A stretch of DNA of 64,000 nucleotides from positions 1 through 64,000 of IMG/VR virus record IMGVR_UViG_3300022871_000009. One strand, given 5' to 3'. The first letter of the stretch is position 1. Each line of letters opens with the position of its first letter. This stretch comes from a virus (taxonomy: Duplodnaviria; Heunggongvirae; Uroviricota; Caudoviricetes). A program made the translations under genes and the position numbers. Below, in pieces: positions 17,421-28,200 of this stretch. Below the pieces are notes generated by a model. It was not told the DNA's origin, ran no database searches, and was given only the letters and a program-made list of their open reading frames with translations.

Positions 17421-17756
17421 ATGACTGAAAAGACACCAGAAACTCCAACAGAAGCCCCAAAAGAAGCAGTAAAACAACAAGAGCTACAGGTGCACAAAAC
17501 CATCGTTCCGATGTTGTGTCCTCATTGTAGCAAAGAAATCATGGTTGCTTCTAGGTCTTATCTACCTATTGTAGAATGGGTGCTAAGACAAGAAGACTTG
17601 GATAAAGCAAAAAGCACTGTTATAGAAGAGGTGCAAAGCTCAAAACTAACTGACGAAGAGAAGAAAGAAGTAATTGAATGGTTGAGCAAAGAAGACTTTT
17701 CATTCGGTCCAGCAGAAATGGAAATGATACTTGAGAGAGTATTAAATAAGAAATAG
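17421..17756 (+). CDS. hypothetical protein with a CPHC motif
   Basis: 111-aa ORF. Confidence 0.4.
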   Translation: MTEKTPETPTEAPKEAVKQQELQVHKTIVPMLCPHCSKEIMVASRSYLPIVEWVLRQEDLDKAKSTVIEEVQSSKLTDEEKKEVIEWLSKEDFSFGPAEMEMILERVLNKK

Positions 17757-17760
17757 ACTT

Positions 17761-18591
17761 ATGAAAATATTAATCTTTGGTGCAGGATGGATAGGCAAAC
17801 TCTGTAAAGAATACTGGGGCGATGAAGCCATACTTATAGATGAGTTTATCAAAAGTCCAGGACAAGCTGGGCACTTTATAGAAAAACATAAACCAGACGC
17901 AGTGCTTAACGCTGCAGGTATAGTAGGTAAACCTAATGTAGATTGGTGTGAAGACCATCAATTCGAAACATTTGAAGGCAACACTCAGTTACCGTTATTG
18001 ATTGCAAACGCTTGCCGCAAATATGGTGTCTATATGTTACATATTGGCACTGGTTGTATCTATTACGGATACAAAGATGGAGGCTGGCTTCCAGAAGACT
18101 ATGCTAACCCTGTCGCTGTATACACTCGTACAAAATACGCCGCTGACTTAGTTCTAGCAACTCTACCTAACGTAGGTATAGCTCGTATCAGAATGCCAAT
18201 CCACTCTGTTCCTAGTCGAGCAAACTTGATTGACAAATTAGCTTCGTATCCAAAAGTTGTAGATGTAGAAAATAGCGCTACAGTTGTAGAAGACATGCAA
18301 ATGGCATTCTATAAATTGATGGAACAGAAGGTTGAGGGTATCTTCCATGTAGTGAACCCAGGTTCTATCACACACAAGGAAATCCTCAAGCTATATGAAG
18401 AACATGTAGATGAAAATCATACTAACGAATGGATTACTGCACAAGAGCTTACAGACTTAGGTCTAGCTTCAAAAACTAGGTCTAACAATGTTCTAAATAC
18501 AGAAAGTTTAGAAGAGCTCGGTATTGAAATGCGACCTATAAGAGTTGCTGTTGCAGACGCCATGGAAAAATATAGCAAACTTAAAAAATAA
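17761..18591 (+). CDS. NAD(P)-dependent sugar-nucleotide reductase/epimerase (RmlD-like)
   Basis: Rossmann MKILIFGAGWIGK. YxxxK (YTRTKYAAD). Adjacent to rmlB/rmlA. Confidence 0.55.
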   Translation: MKILIFGAGWIGKLCKEYWGDEAILIDEFIKSPGQAGHFIEKHKPDAVLNAAGIVGKPNVDWCEDHQFETFEGNTQLPLLIANACRKYGVYMLHIGTGCIYYGYKDGGWLPEDYANPVAVYTRTKYAADLVLATLPNVGIARIRMPIHSVPSRANLIDKLASYPKVVDVENSATVVEDMQMAFYKLMEQKVEGIFHVVNPGSITHKEILKLYEEHVDENHTNEWITAQELTDLGLASKTRSNNVLNTESLEELGIEMRPIRVAVADAMEKYSKLKK

Positions 18592-18596
18592 CAGCT

Positions 18597-19556
18597 ATGA
18601 AACTATTAGTAACTGGAGGGGCAGGCTTTATAGGGTCAAACTTTATCCATTACTGGATGGAGCGACACCCAGCCGATGAAATATTAAATGTAGATAAACT
18701 AACTTACGCTGGTAATTTAGACAATCTCAAAGGTGTAGACAAATTAGATAATTACACTTTTGTACAAATGGACATCTGTGACCCAAAAATGGAAAATTCA
18801 ATAAAATGGTGTGACATAGTAGTGCACTTCGCTGCTGAAACACACGTTGATAATTCCTTAGAGTCAGCAGATGCATTCATCAAAACCAACGTGAATGGAA
18901 CTTACAACATTCTAAAATACGTACAAAAATACGATAAAAGAATGCACCATATTTCTACGGATGAAGTGTTTGGCTCGCTGCCTCTGGGAACTGATGAGAA
19001 ATTTAGCGAAAATACTCCATACTCTCCTAGAAATCCTTACTCAGTTACAAAAGCTGCCGCTGATTACATGGTTAGATGTTTCCATGATACGTATGGAACA
19101 AAGATAACCATCAGCAACTGCTCTAACAACTACGGACCACGTCAGCATATAGAGAAAATGATTCCTAAAGCTATCACCAACATCTTACAAGGAAAGACAG
19201 TCCCAGTATATGGTACAGGAGAAAACGTAAGAGATTGGTTGCATGTTACAGAACATTGCCGTGCTGTAGAAGCAATAATTTACAGAGGTAGAATAGGAGA
19301 GACTTATTGTGTTGGTGGTATGGATGAGGGTATAAGCAATTTGCAGTTGGTAGAAACAATGGCTGATATGCTACAACTCGATTCAAAGGATTGTATAAAA
19401 TTTGTAAAAGACAGGGCGGGACATGACCTGAAATATGCTGTTAACTGGAATAAAATTAACGGAGAACTGGGCTGGTCCCCAACATTAGACTTTGAAACTA
19501 ATTTAGCAGACACTATTCAGTGGTATAGAGAAAACCGTTGGTGGTGGAATGAATAA
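18597..19556 (+). CDS. rmlB: dTDP-glucose 4,6-dehydratase
   Basis: MKLLVTGGAGFIGSNF...DKLTYAGNL...YSVTKAAAD. Typical RfbB sequence and length. Confidence 0.85.
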   Translation: MKLLVTGGAGFIGSNFIHYWMERHPADEILNVDKLTYAGNLDNLKGVDKLDNYTFVQMDICDPKMENSIKWCDIVVHFAAETHVDNSLESADAFIKTNVNGTYNILKYVQKYDKRMHHISTDEVFGSLPLGTDEKFSENTPYSPRNPYSVTKAAADYMVRCFHDTYGTKITISNCSNNYGPRQHIEKMIPKAITNILQGKTVPVYGTGENVRDWLHVTEHCRAVEAIIYRGRIGETYCVGGMDEGISNLQLVETMADMLQLDSKDCIKFVKDRAGHDLKYAVNWNKINGELGWSPTLDFETNLADTIQWYRENRWWWNE

Positions 19557-20313
19557 AATTATGTCAAAAGCAAAAATAAAACAATGTAAAGGTATAATTT
19601 TAGCAGGTGGTTACGGCACGAGACTAAAGCCAATGACCTCTGTTACAAATAAACATCTTCTACCTGTGTACAATAAGCCGATGATTTATTACCCAATAGA
19701 CACATTGGTTTCCGCAGGGATTAAAGATATCATGATTTTGACTGGTAGTGAGCATGCGGGAGACTTCATCAACTTACTTGGAGACGGTTCAGACTTCGGA
19801 GCAAGTTTTACCTACCGACCGCAACAAGGTGCTGGTGGAATTGCTCACGCATTGGGCCTGTGTCGTGATTTTGCAGGAGATAGCCCAATTGCTGTAATCC
19901 TAGGAGATAACATCTTTGAAGATAATATCAAATCTAGAGTTCTAGCATTTGAAAGTGATTACTCAAAAGCGTCAATCTTTCTTAAGAAAGTAATGGACCC
20001 AGAGAGATTCGGTGTTGCAGAAATAGAAGGAGATAGAGTCACTACTATTATAGAAAAACCCGAGAATCCTAAATCTAACTTCGCTGTCACTGGATTGTAT
20101 TTCTACAATAACGCAGTTTGGAATATTATAGATAGTCTAAGTCCATCAGAACGTGGTGAATACGAGATAACTGATGTAAATAGTTGGTACGTAAACAACG
20201 GTCTCATGAATCATGAGATACTAGAAGGATATTGGTCAGACGCTGGAACTCCAGATAGTTTGTACCGCTCTTCTAAATACGCCTACGAAAAAGAATATAA
20301 AAGTAAAGAATAA
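19549..20313 (+). CDS. rmlA: glucose-1-phosphate thymidylyltransferase (short form)
   Basis: GIILAGGYGTRLKPMTSVTNKHLLPVYNKPMIYYPI matches the canonical RmlA N-terminus. Confidence 0.85.
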   Translation: MNKIMSKAKIKQCKGIILAGGYGTRLKPMTSVTNKHLLPVYNKPMIYYPIDTLVSAGIKDIMILTGSEHAGDFINLLGDGSDFGASFTYRPQQGAGGIAHALGLCRDFAGDSPIAVILGDNIFEDNIKSRVLAFESDYSKASIFLKKVMDPERFGVAEIEGDRVTTIIEKPENPKSNFAVTGLYFYNNAVWNIIDSLSPSERGEYEITDVNSWYVNNGLMNHEILEGYWSDAGTPDSLYRSSKYAYEKEYKSKE

Positions 20314-20315
20314 TT

Positions 20316-22427
20316 ATGTTGGCACTCAAGGAACTACAACTTAAGAATTTTCTAAGTCATAGCGACACGAAAATTGAATTCAAACCTAACCAGAAGATGC
20401 TTATTGATGGCAAATCTGGGGCAGGTAAATCTTCAATTGTGGAGGCTATCGTTTGGGTGCTATACGGAAAAGGAAGAACTGACAATAGGTCCTTGGTAAG
20501 ACAAGGAGAAAAGTCAGGTAAAGTAGTTTTGGTGCTGAGCACGACGGAAACTGGCGAAGTTTTGAAGATAGAGAGGGAAGCAACGCTTACAGGTAAGAAC
20601 ACCCTCAAAGTCTCTAAACAGACCAAGAAGGGCAATTTCTTGCCAGTTAAGGTAAATGGTTTACGTGCATTACAAGAGCATTTAGAGACAGAGATTTTAA
20701 ACTCTTCGTATCTGTTGTTCATCAACTCTATCGTTTATCCTCAAGATAGTATAGACAGTTTTGTAAAACAAACAGCGGTCAAAAGGAAAGAGATTATACT
20801 CGAGATTGCTAATGCTCAGAATTATGATGAGTACTATGACAAAGCAAAGGAAGCTCTCGCCAAGACAATCTCTGATACTGATAAGAACGATGCACTGATT
20901 CTAAATCTACAATCTCTGATAAAAGGAGATAAACTAGAGACAACAAAAACTGACGAACTTGAAAAAGACTATGCTACAAAAAGTGCAGCGTTAGAAGTTC
21001 AAAAGAAATCTCTAGAGGAATTATCTACAGCGCTATCATCTACACTTGAAAAAAGAAACAAAGCTAACGAAGTAAAGAGCAAAATTGCAGATGCAACTAC
21101 TAACAAGAAGATTCTAGAAAGTCAGATAGAAGAGGCAAACACCTCTTTGATTGGCTTACTAACAAGAGATTTATCTGAAGAAAAAAAAGAGCTAGAGAAA
21201 CTCCCTGGGGTAAGAAAAGATTTTGATAAAATTGAACAAACAGAAGAAGCAATGAGGAAATGGGATGAAGGACTCATCAAGTTGATGAACCTCAAACCAA
21301 TAGACTTCAACTTCGATACTGATATCAACTATCTGAATGAGCAGTTGATTTCTGCGCTAAAGGTAGATAAGTTTGTTTGTCCAGAGACCAAGAAGGAATG
21401 TCCATACATGAATAAAGACAAGAACGACCATATTGAACGTTTGAAAGATAAACTGAAAAGCAAAACAGAACAAAAAACGGCATACTTGGTAGAAGAGGAA
21501 AAGTACGTTAAACAAGTTGAGACATTAGGAATCAAACCTGAAGTAGATATAGCTTCAAAAAACTTTACTACTCGTGAGTTAAAGAAACTAGAGCTACTTG
21601 AGAATGAGATAAAGAAAACAGAAGAAACAATGGAAGAGCGTAAGAAAGATTATACTGACGTGATTACACAAAATAACATTACTATTAAAAAAGTAGATGC
21701 TGATATAGAAGAGTTGAGTGGCGGATTACCAAATACGGATGTTCTAGATACCGAAATTAATACATACATCGCGAAGCAGATGAAGCTACAAGTATCTGTC
21801 AATGACTTATCTGTCGTTACATCTGATATCAAATACAAACTATCAACAGCCCAAGGGGCAGCTAAAAGAATAGAGAAGAATGAGGCGTCAGTTACTAAAC
21901 TGAAAGAAGAAAATGTTAAATTATTAGATGAAGGAGAAGGATTCAAGTTGTTAAAAGGTGCCTTCAGTCAGAATGGAGTAAAGGCAATTGTGATAGATTA
22001 TATCATCCCTCGTCTAGAAGAGAAGATAAACAACATTTTGGAGCGCCTATCCAGCTTCAGGATACGCCTAGAGACGCAAAAATCAAGCGTTAAGGGCGAT
22101 TCCACCATAGAAGGTCTCTTTATCACCATTTTCAACGAACAAGGCTTAGAATTCAATTTCGACAATTATTCAGGTGGAGAAAGACTTAAGATAATTGTAG
22201 CCATATCAGAGGCTCTGGCAGAGATTCAGAAGATTGGATTCAGAGTTCTAGATGAATTGTTTATTGGCCTTGATGAAGAGTCAACTGAGAAGTTTGTAGA
22301 AGTGATGGCCACTCTACAAGAAAGATTCGACCAAATGCTCTGTATCTCACATCTACGTAATATCAAAGATACGTTTGATGAGAAAATAGAGATTGTTAAA
22401 AATAATGGAATATCTAAAATTGCGTAA
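20316..22427 (+). CDS. sbcC: SbcC/Rad50-like ATPase
   Basis: Walker A GKSGAGKSS. Long coiled coil with a CPETKKECPY zinc-hook-like CxxC. Signature YSGGERLK. Walker B VLDELFIGLDEE. H-loop ISHL. Confidence 0.8.
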   Translation: MLALKELQLKNFLSHSDTKIEFKPNQKMLIDGKSGAGKSSIVEAIVWVLYGKGRTDNRSLVRQGEKSGKVVLVLSTTETGEVLKIEREATLTGKNTLKVSKQTKKGNFLPVKVNGLRALQEHLETEILNSSYLLFINSIVYPQDSIDSFVKQTAVKRKEIILEIANAQNYDEYYDKAKEALAKTISDTDKNDALILNLQSLIKGDKLETTKTDELEKDYATKSAALEVQKKSLEELSTALSSTLEKRNKANEVKSKIADATTNKKILESQIEEANTSLIGLLTRDLSEEKKELEKLPGVRKDFDKIEQTEEAMRKWDEGLIKLMNLKPIDFNFDTDINYLNEQLISALKVDKFVCPETKKECPYMNKDKNDHIERLKDKLKSKTEQKTAYLVEEEKYVKQVETLGIKPEVDIASKNFTTRELKKLELLENEIKKTEETMEERKKDYTDVITQNNITIKKVDADIEELSGGLPNTDVLDTEINTYIAKQMKLQVSVNDLSVVTSDIKYKLSTAQGAAKRIEKNEASVTKLKEENVKLLDEGEGFKLLKGAFSQNGVKAIVIDYIIPRLEEKINNILERLSSFRIRLETQKSSVKGDSTIEGLFITIFNEQGLEFNFDNYSGGERLKIIVAISEALAEIQKIGFRVLDELFIGLDEESTEKFVEVMATLQERFDQMLCISHLRNIKDTFDEKIEIVKNNGISKIA

Positions 22428-22428
22428 T

Positions 22429-23109
22429 ATGACAAAAGAAACAATATTAAACATAATCAGAACTAACGTAGTCCGTGGTGGTGTAGAGCAACTAATAGAA
22501 TTCTTAGAGACTTCTGATTTCTTTACCGCTCCTGCTTCTACACAGTTCCATGGTTCAACAGAAGGTGGGTTAGCAGAACATTCCTTGGCAGTATATGGTA
22601 TCCTAAAAGATAAAAATCAAGCCTTCTCACTTGGATACTCTGAAGAAACGATTGCTATTACAGGATTGCTACATGATATCTGTAAGGTCAACTTCTACAA
22701 GAAAAAAGAATTCGAATCAGCTTCTGAGCCTCAACTAAGATATCTAAAATCTTTATCTGGTACAGACTTCGCTGGTCAAAAACTAAGCAAAGGAACAGCG
22801 TCGAAATTGATAGAGCAATACAAAGGAACTAAAGCTGGTGAGATTAAAAACCTGAATGCTCCAGAGTGGATAGTAGATGACCAATTACCTATCGGTCATG
22901 GAGAAAAATCAATATTCGTTATAGAGAAGTATATCCACCTGACTGATGACGAAGCTATGGCCATAAGATGGCACATGATTTCATTCGACCCAGGCATCCA
23001 CTTTAATTATCCATCAGGTTTTCCTTTCAGACAAGCATGCGAGAAATGTAAGTTGGTGGCAGCTATCGCGACATCTGATTATGAATCTGATAAACTACTT
23101 GATAAATAA
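22429..23109 (+). CDS. HD-domain phosphohydrolase
   Basis: H...HD motif (HSLAVYG...LLHDICK). Start taken at the ATG 2 nt after the sbcC stop; the track ORF starts at 22393. Confidence 0.6.
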   Translation: MTKETILNIIRTNVVRGGVEQLIEFLETSDFFTAPASTQFHGSTEGGLAEHSLAVYGILKDKNQAFSLGYSEETIAITGLLHDICKVNFYKKKEFESASEPQLRYLKSLSGTDFAGQKLSKGTASKLIEQYKGTKAGEIKNLNAPEWIVDDQLPIGHGEKSIFVIEKYIHLTDDEAMAIRWHMISFDPGIHFNYPSGFPFRQACEKCKLVAAIATSDYESDKLLDK

Positions 23110-23113
23110 CTCT

Positions 23114-23581
23114 ATGGTCAAGAAAAACAATAAAATGAAATTACATATCAATGCGAAATTACCATTGCAACTACACATCTTTACTGTTCGACCTAAGAGT
23201 TTCTTGGATGCGACAATGCCAGAGAGGATGGAAATGGCTCTAGCATATAAAATTGAGGGAGCATATGCAAGCATGGAAGGTAATTACGGGCCTAGAATGG
23301 ATATGTACAACTTCAAACATCACGGTGGTATAGATATAGATAACATTCTAAAAGCACTTGATGGAATCCCTATATCTGGAAGCAAGAAAGTAGTACAGCC
23401 TAAAATGACTATAAAGATTGTGGACGACAACCCTACGGAAAAACGAAGCGAGAATATAGACAGCTACTTGTTCAACCTGAAGTATGTGAAAGACAAGTTT
23501 TCTAAGATTCTGACAGATACTGACAAAAAATCTCTAGACAGAATAATTAATAAGGTTGGTAAACACCTTGCTAAAAAATAA
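23114..23581 (+). CDS. hypothetical protein
   Basis: ORF. Start placed at the first ATG after the upstream stop. Confidence 0.4.
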   Translation: MVKKNNKMKLHINAKLPLQLHIFTVRPKSFLDATMPERMEMALAYKIEGAYASMEGNYGPRMDMYNFKHHGGIDIDNILKALDGIPISGSKKVVQPKMTIKIVDDNPTEKRSENIDSYLFNLKYVKDKFSKILTDTDKKSLDRIINKVGKHLAKK

Positions 23582-23585
23582 CCCT

Positions 23586-23792
23586 ATGAAACTTACAGAA
23601 GAACAATTACGAGAAGAGTTCGTAGCAAAAGCAGAGAAGTTTAAAGAAGACATGATTGCTAGATTTGATGTCGGAAGAAAGAAATACAACAACGATATCG
23701 ATGAAATTGACTACGACAAAGAGATAAAAGAAGAAGAGTTAGACGTAGCTATTTATCGAATAATGCAAGAAATTAGTCAACAAAATAACTAG
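23586..23792 (+). CDS. hypothetical protein
   Basis: ORF. Start at the MKLTEEQL ATG after the upstream stop. Confidence 0.4.
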   Translation: MKLTEEQLREEFVAKAEKFKEDMIARFDVGRKKYNNDIDEIDYDKEIKEEELDVAIYRIMQEISQQNN

Positions 23793-23793
23793 T

Positions 23794-24111
23794 ATGGAAC
23801 AACAAATAATATTAGAACGGTGGGATAAACTGAGTGATGAACAAAAATTCACTTACGTTACAGCCGTATTTAAGGAAATTAAGACTAAAGAAGACTACAA
23901 AGGTTTCGAATGGTTAGAAGGTAAAGAGCCTAATATTGGTCAAATAATGGAATTTTTAGGAAAAGATTTACTAGAAGTACAGAACGTTGGACTTATTAAT
24001 AAATGGATTGTTGGTCTACACATTGGAGGAGGAGATATAAAAGATTTTACTAACGTAGAACCAGTATATGCTCTCTGGGAAGCAGCGGAGTATAAATTAA
24101 ATAATCTATAG
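23794..24111 (+). CDS. hypothetical protein
   Basis: 105-aa ORF. Confidence 0.4.
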   Translation: MEQQIILERWDKLSDEQKFTYVTAVFKEIKTKEDYKGFEWLEGKEPNIGQIMEFLGKDLLEVQNVGLINKWIVGLHIGGGDIKDFTNVEPVYALWEAAEYKLNNL

Positions 24112-24112
24112 T

Positions 24113-24505
24113 ATGGAATTTTTAGGAGCTCTAATAATGTTAACACTACTTTTTATACCGGTAGGAGAGGCCCCGCCAGCAGGACCTGTGTTGCATGAGG
24201 AGATATTCCCAATTGAAATCAGCCTTGAAGTTGTACGTGAAGAAATTATCAAACAAGCTACCGAAGTAAGCTTCGATGTTAATTTAGCATTGTTATTAGC
24301 AGATTGCGAAAGTGATTTCGTTTACAATGTTAAGAACAAATACTCATCTGCAAAAGGTGTCTACCAATTCACTGACCCAACGTGGAAATGGATTAAAGCA
24401 GAAGGTCATCAGTATGACTATCAGGAGAATATCAAACAATTTTTAAAGTATTATCCAAAGTATCCTGGGTGGTGGAAAGAGTGTAATATAATTTTAGACA
24501 TATAA
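24113..24505 (+). CDS. small membrane-anchored lytic transglycosylase-like protein
   Basis: N-terminal TM helix. LLLADCESDF...AKGVYQFTDPTW resembles the SLT catalytic Glu-Ser and GLMQ/TW motifs. Confidence 0.45.
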   Translation: MEFLGALIMLTLLFIPVGEAPPAGPVLHEEIFPIEISLEVVREEIIKQATEVSFDVNLALLLADCESDFVYNVKNKYSSAKGVYQFTDPTWKWIKAEGHQYDYQENIKQFLKYYPKYPGWWKECNIILDI

Positions 24506-24580
24506 CTACGAAAAACAAACATGAGATTGACCACTTAGACGCTATTTATATTTACGATAAAAAATCTTAATTTAAAAAAT

Positions 24581-24946
24581 ATGACTGACTACAAAAAACT
24601 ATACGATGATTTCATAACAACGTATACCACTGGTCAAACTAGTGGAGAAGAGACTGGAGCTATGGTAGCTATGATGGCACAATGCTATTGTGAAGCCAAC
24701 ATCGAACTTGGCAGAAGCGATAGAATATTCGCAAAAGCCTACGCGATTATAGTTGATTCTATTGACGAAGCTAGCGGGAAACCGATGAGCGTTTCAAAAG
24801 CTGATGTCTTAGCCAAAGCAACAGAAGAATATTCTATTTATAGTACATCGAAAGTTCATTTACAAAATATCGAACAATGTATTAATGCACTGAAATCTTT
24901 ACAAAAAGGAATTCTAAACGAATACTCACACGTCAGCAGTATCTAA
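24581..24946 (+). CDS. hypothetical protein
   Basis: 121-aa ORF. Confidence 0.4.
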   Translation: MTDYKKLYDDFITTYTTGQTSGEETGAMVAMMAQCYCEANIELGRSDRIFAKAYAIIVDSIDEASGKPMSVSKADVLAKATEEYSIYSTSKVHLQNIEQCINALKSLQKGILNEYSHVSSI

Positions 24947-24969
24947 ATCACGCCCAAAAGCCCACACTT

Positions 24970-25221
24970 TTGGTGTTTATGGTAAACAAAAAAATTTGTC
25001 CAGTTTGTTGTGAGGAATTTGAACCGAAGGTGTCCCACCAGACATACTGCCATCGCAAGTGTTTCAAAAAAGCTTACAACAAAAATTTCAAAGTTAGCGA
25101 TAAGCCTCATTATTGCTGCCCTTGTTGTGGTGCTAAAGTTAAACTAGATTTTTTCCCAAAAAGGAATATAAAAAGATGGTTAGATTTTGAATGCCCCTCA
25201 TGTGGAAATGGAAAGAAATAA
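24970..25221 (+). CDS. zinc-ribbon protein (four CxxC pairs)
   Basis: CPVCC, CHRKC, CCPCCG and CPSCG motifs. Confidence 0.45.
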   Translation: MVFMVNKKICPVCCEEFEPKVSHQTYCHRKCFKKAYNKNFKVSDKPHYCCPCCGAKVKLDFFPKRNIKRWLDFECPSCGNGKK

Positions 25222-25223
25222 AA

Positions 25224-25249
25224 AAGAAGAATATTATTCTTCTTTTTTT
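25224..25249. terminator. bidirectional rho-independent terminator between convergent genes
   Basis: AAGAAGAATA/TATTCTTCTT stem flanked by A-run and T-run. Overlaps the last codons (KKEE) of the minus-strand 1798-aa gene. Confidence 0.5.
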
Positions 25250-28200
25250 GATGAAAGTCCAGCAGTCATAGCCCCTAGAGTTCCCAATAACATGGTATAG
25301 AGAGGTGTTTTTCCAGAGTACCATTTTTTATCTGCACCTTGTCTCATGTTGTTTTTTACATCTTGTATAAACATGTAACTGGCTTTCTTTGCAAGTATCC
25401 TTGCTTCTTCCTTTGTTACGTCTTTTTGAGTTAGCGCTTCTAAGAACCATGTTAGTGAATTGAATTGTACTTCCTCAAGCTCTCTAGAAGTTTTCACAAA
25501 AGCAGAGTCTCCAGTGGACTCTCCAATTTCAGCACGAATAACCATATCATTTGTGTTCTCCCATGACTGTCTATCTTCAAGCCACTTTCTTTCTATTTTT
25601 TCGGAAACCCAATCAGGCAAAAATTCTTTTTTACCTGTCTCATCCCATCTATCTATAGCAGCTTTATCACTTCCTGAAAGTTTCTTGTATTCTACACCAA
25701 GTTTTTCTAACTCCGTTTTATTCTGTGGACCTGCAGTAAATTTACGAACAGCTTCATACATGTCGAACTGCTCAATTTTACTTTGTGCTTGTTTTTCAGT
25801 CATCTTGATATTTCTTCTCTTTGCATCTTTCAACATATCAGAGACCTGTTTTTCTTTGGCTGTAAACCCACCTCTTGCATATGTCCCAACCTGAATTCTA
25901 GCATTAGGATATGTTTCTTTTATACTTTTAACAAAGTTCTTCAAAACTTTAGGCAATTTATCAAATCTCTCTAGATTTACTAGTTGGCTAAGTTGAGAAA
26001 ATTCTTTAGTTACTGAAATATCATCCTTATGAAGAGTCCCGAGGGGTTTATCTATTTCAATATGTCTCCATGTTTCTTTTTTCCCACCTCTATCTAACCA
26101 TTTGTACCAGTCACTTATCGAATCTTTGATTCCCTTGAAGAACTCACTACCCATATCTTCTCCTTTGTAAAGTTGTCTACCAGAAGCAATGACTTCTTTT
26201 ATTTCAGCAGCTTGTTTATCAGGACTAACAGACTTTTTGATATTTTTTATCAACAACTCATTTTCATTGATTATATCATTTAATGTATAGTCACTTTTTT
26301 TCTTTCCGCCATATTTAGTTCTGAAATTTTTAGCAACATCGCTCTTACTGTTCGCTGTCTCTACTTTTTTACCAAGTTCTGATAACTGCTTATATAACAG
26401 GTTCTCTCTTTTCTCATTTATTCTAAGCATTTCTGTTGGAATAGCAGACTTGTTGGAGCTACCGGCTGGTTTTACAAATACAGTCATTCTTTCATCTGTT
26501 TTCCTAAATTCTACCTTATACTTTTTCTTCTGTTGTTCTGGTAACCAATTATCACCTAATCCTCCAGAGTACTCAAGGTCAGTCATTTCGAATGGTTTAA
26601 GGTACTCTTTCTGCTCTTGTAAATGGTTTTTTAATTGTTTTCTAAGTGTCTCTCTCTCAGCAAAATCAAGAATTGCTTTCTCAGTCTTATTCCCGGGAAT
26701 ATAGCGTGTTGTCACTGGAATGTCATCAACATTTTTGTTCATTATCTCAATTAACCTTTCATACTTCTGCTCAGTACTCGCCTTATTTTTTCCACCGAAC
26801 AATGTGTCCTCTGCCTTTACAAGCTTTTCTTTAATTAGTGAAAACTTGTTGTTGTATTCTTGCTTAGCTTTTTCTTTGGTCAATGTAGGAAGCTTTTCCC
26901 AATTTTGAGTTTTTTCTTCAAAAGCTTTTTTGAATTTCTTTCCAGCTGATTCTTCAGGAACTGCTATATCAACAGGATTTTTATCCTTAGTTTTGTTAAA
27001 TTTTTCAAATCTTTCTTTAGAAGATGTGATGGCTTTTTTTGCAATACTTCTAGATTCTTCTCCAGTTGCTTTTGTCTTTAAATTAAAAGCAGATTTCGGT
27101 CTTTTTTTCCAATCAACAATTCTTTCTGAAAATATATGGTCCATTGTCCCATCTTCTTTTCTTATTAACAACTTTCCACCTTGAGCCTCTTGGTTGCTTA
27201 AAATAGCTACTTCCTCATCAGATATCACTTTTTCTTTTTTTCTATCTACTTTGCCAGGGACGTACCCAAGAACTTCTCCAGAGGTTTCTGATATCGTTCC
27301 TTTTGAATCTAAACTCTTATGTCTAAGAGTAATAGTTTCTCCTGTTTTAAATGTCCCTTTCTTAGCCAACTCATCCACAAATACAGTTTCGTATCTTTTG
27401 GTTTTAAAGTTCAAACCTCTCTCTGGATTAACTATTCTTTCCGATAACAAACTAAAGTCATTCGTTTGATATTGTTTCTGTGCTTCTTTTAGAGATACCA
27501 CAGATACAATTGATTTCTTTCCATCTTTTTCAACTTGATATTTTGTTGCTATGTCTTCACCAGTTTTAAATCTAGAGGACTTTGTGGTTTCTCCATTATT
27601 TTTGTGGAAAACTACATATTGGTCTTTTCCTGTTTTATCTCCGTTTTGTGTTAATTTAGGAATTACATCACTCTTGTATTCATTCTTTATTTCTCTACCA
27701 GACGCTATAGCCTTTTTTGCAGTCTCTTTCGCTTCAACCTTCTTCTCTAATGCTTTTTTTGGTGTCACAAAACGCTCTTTAGCACCAACTATAGCTTTTT
27801 TCGCCGTCTCCTTGGCCTTCTTCTCAACCACCTTGGCTGTTTCTTTAACTGCATCCATCTTCTTTGAGAATCGTTCCTTGAATGGAATATCTTGCATAGG
27901 AAGTTGTGGTTGCTCTGGTTGTATATTTTGTGCTATCTCTCCTGTAGCCTGTCTTGTTGGTCGTCCTTGTAATTCAGCATCGTTAAACAAATACATGTTA
28001 TCTAATTTTGCTCTTTCTTCAGCAGGTAATTTTCTTAAATAACCATCTCTTTTCATTATCAAAGTATAATATCCGTCACCATTGCTATTTAGAACTCCCT
28101 CTCTTTTTAATTTTGTTATTGTATTTACGACATCTTTAATTCTAATATTTTTAGCGTTTTTGAGCATAGTTGTAGCTGTGGCTTCATTCATGTAAGACCC

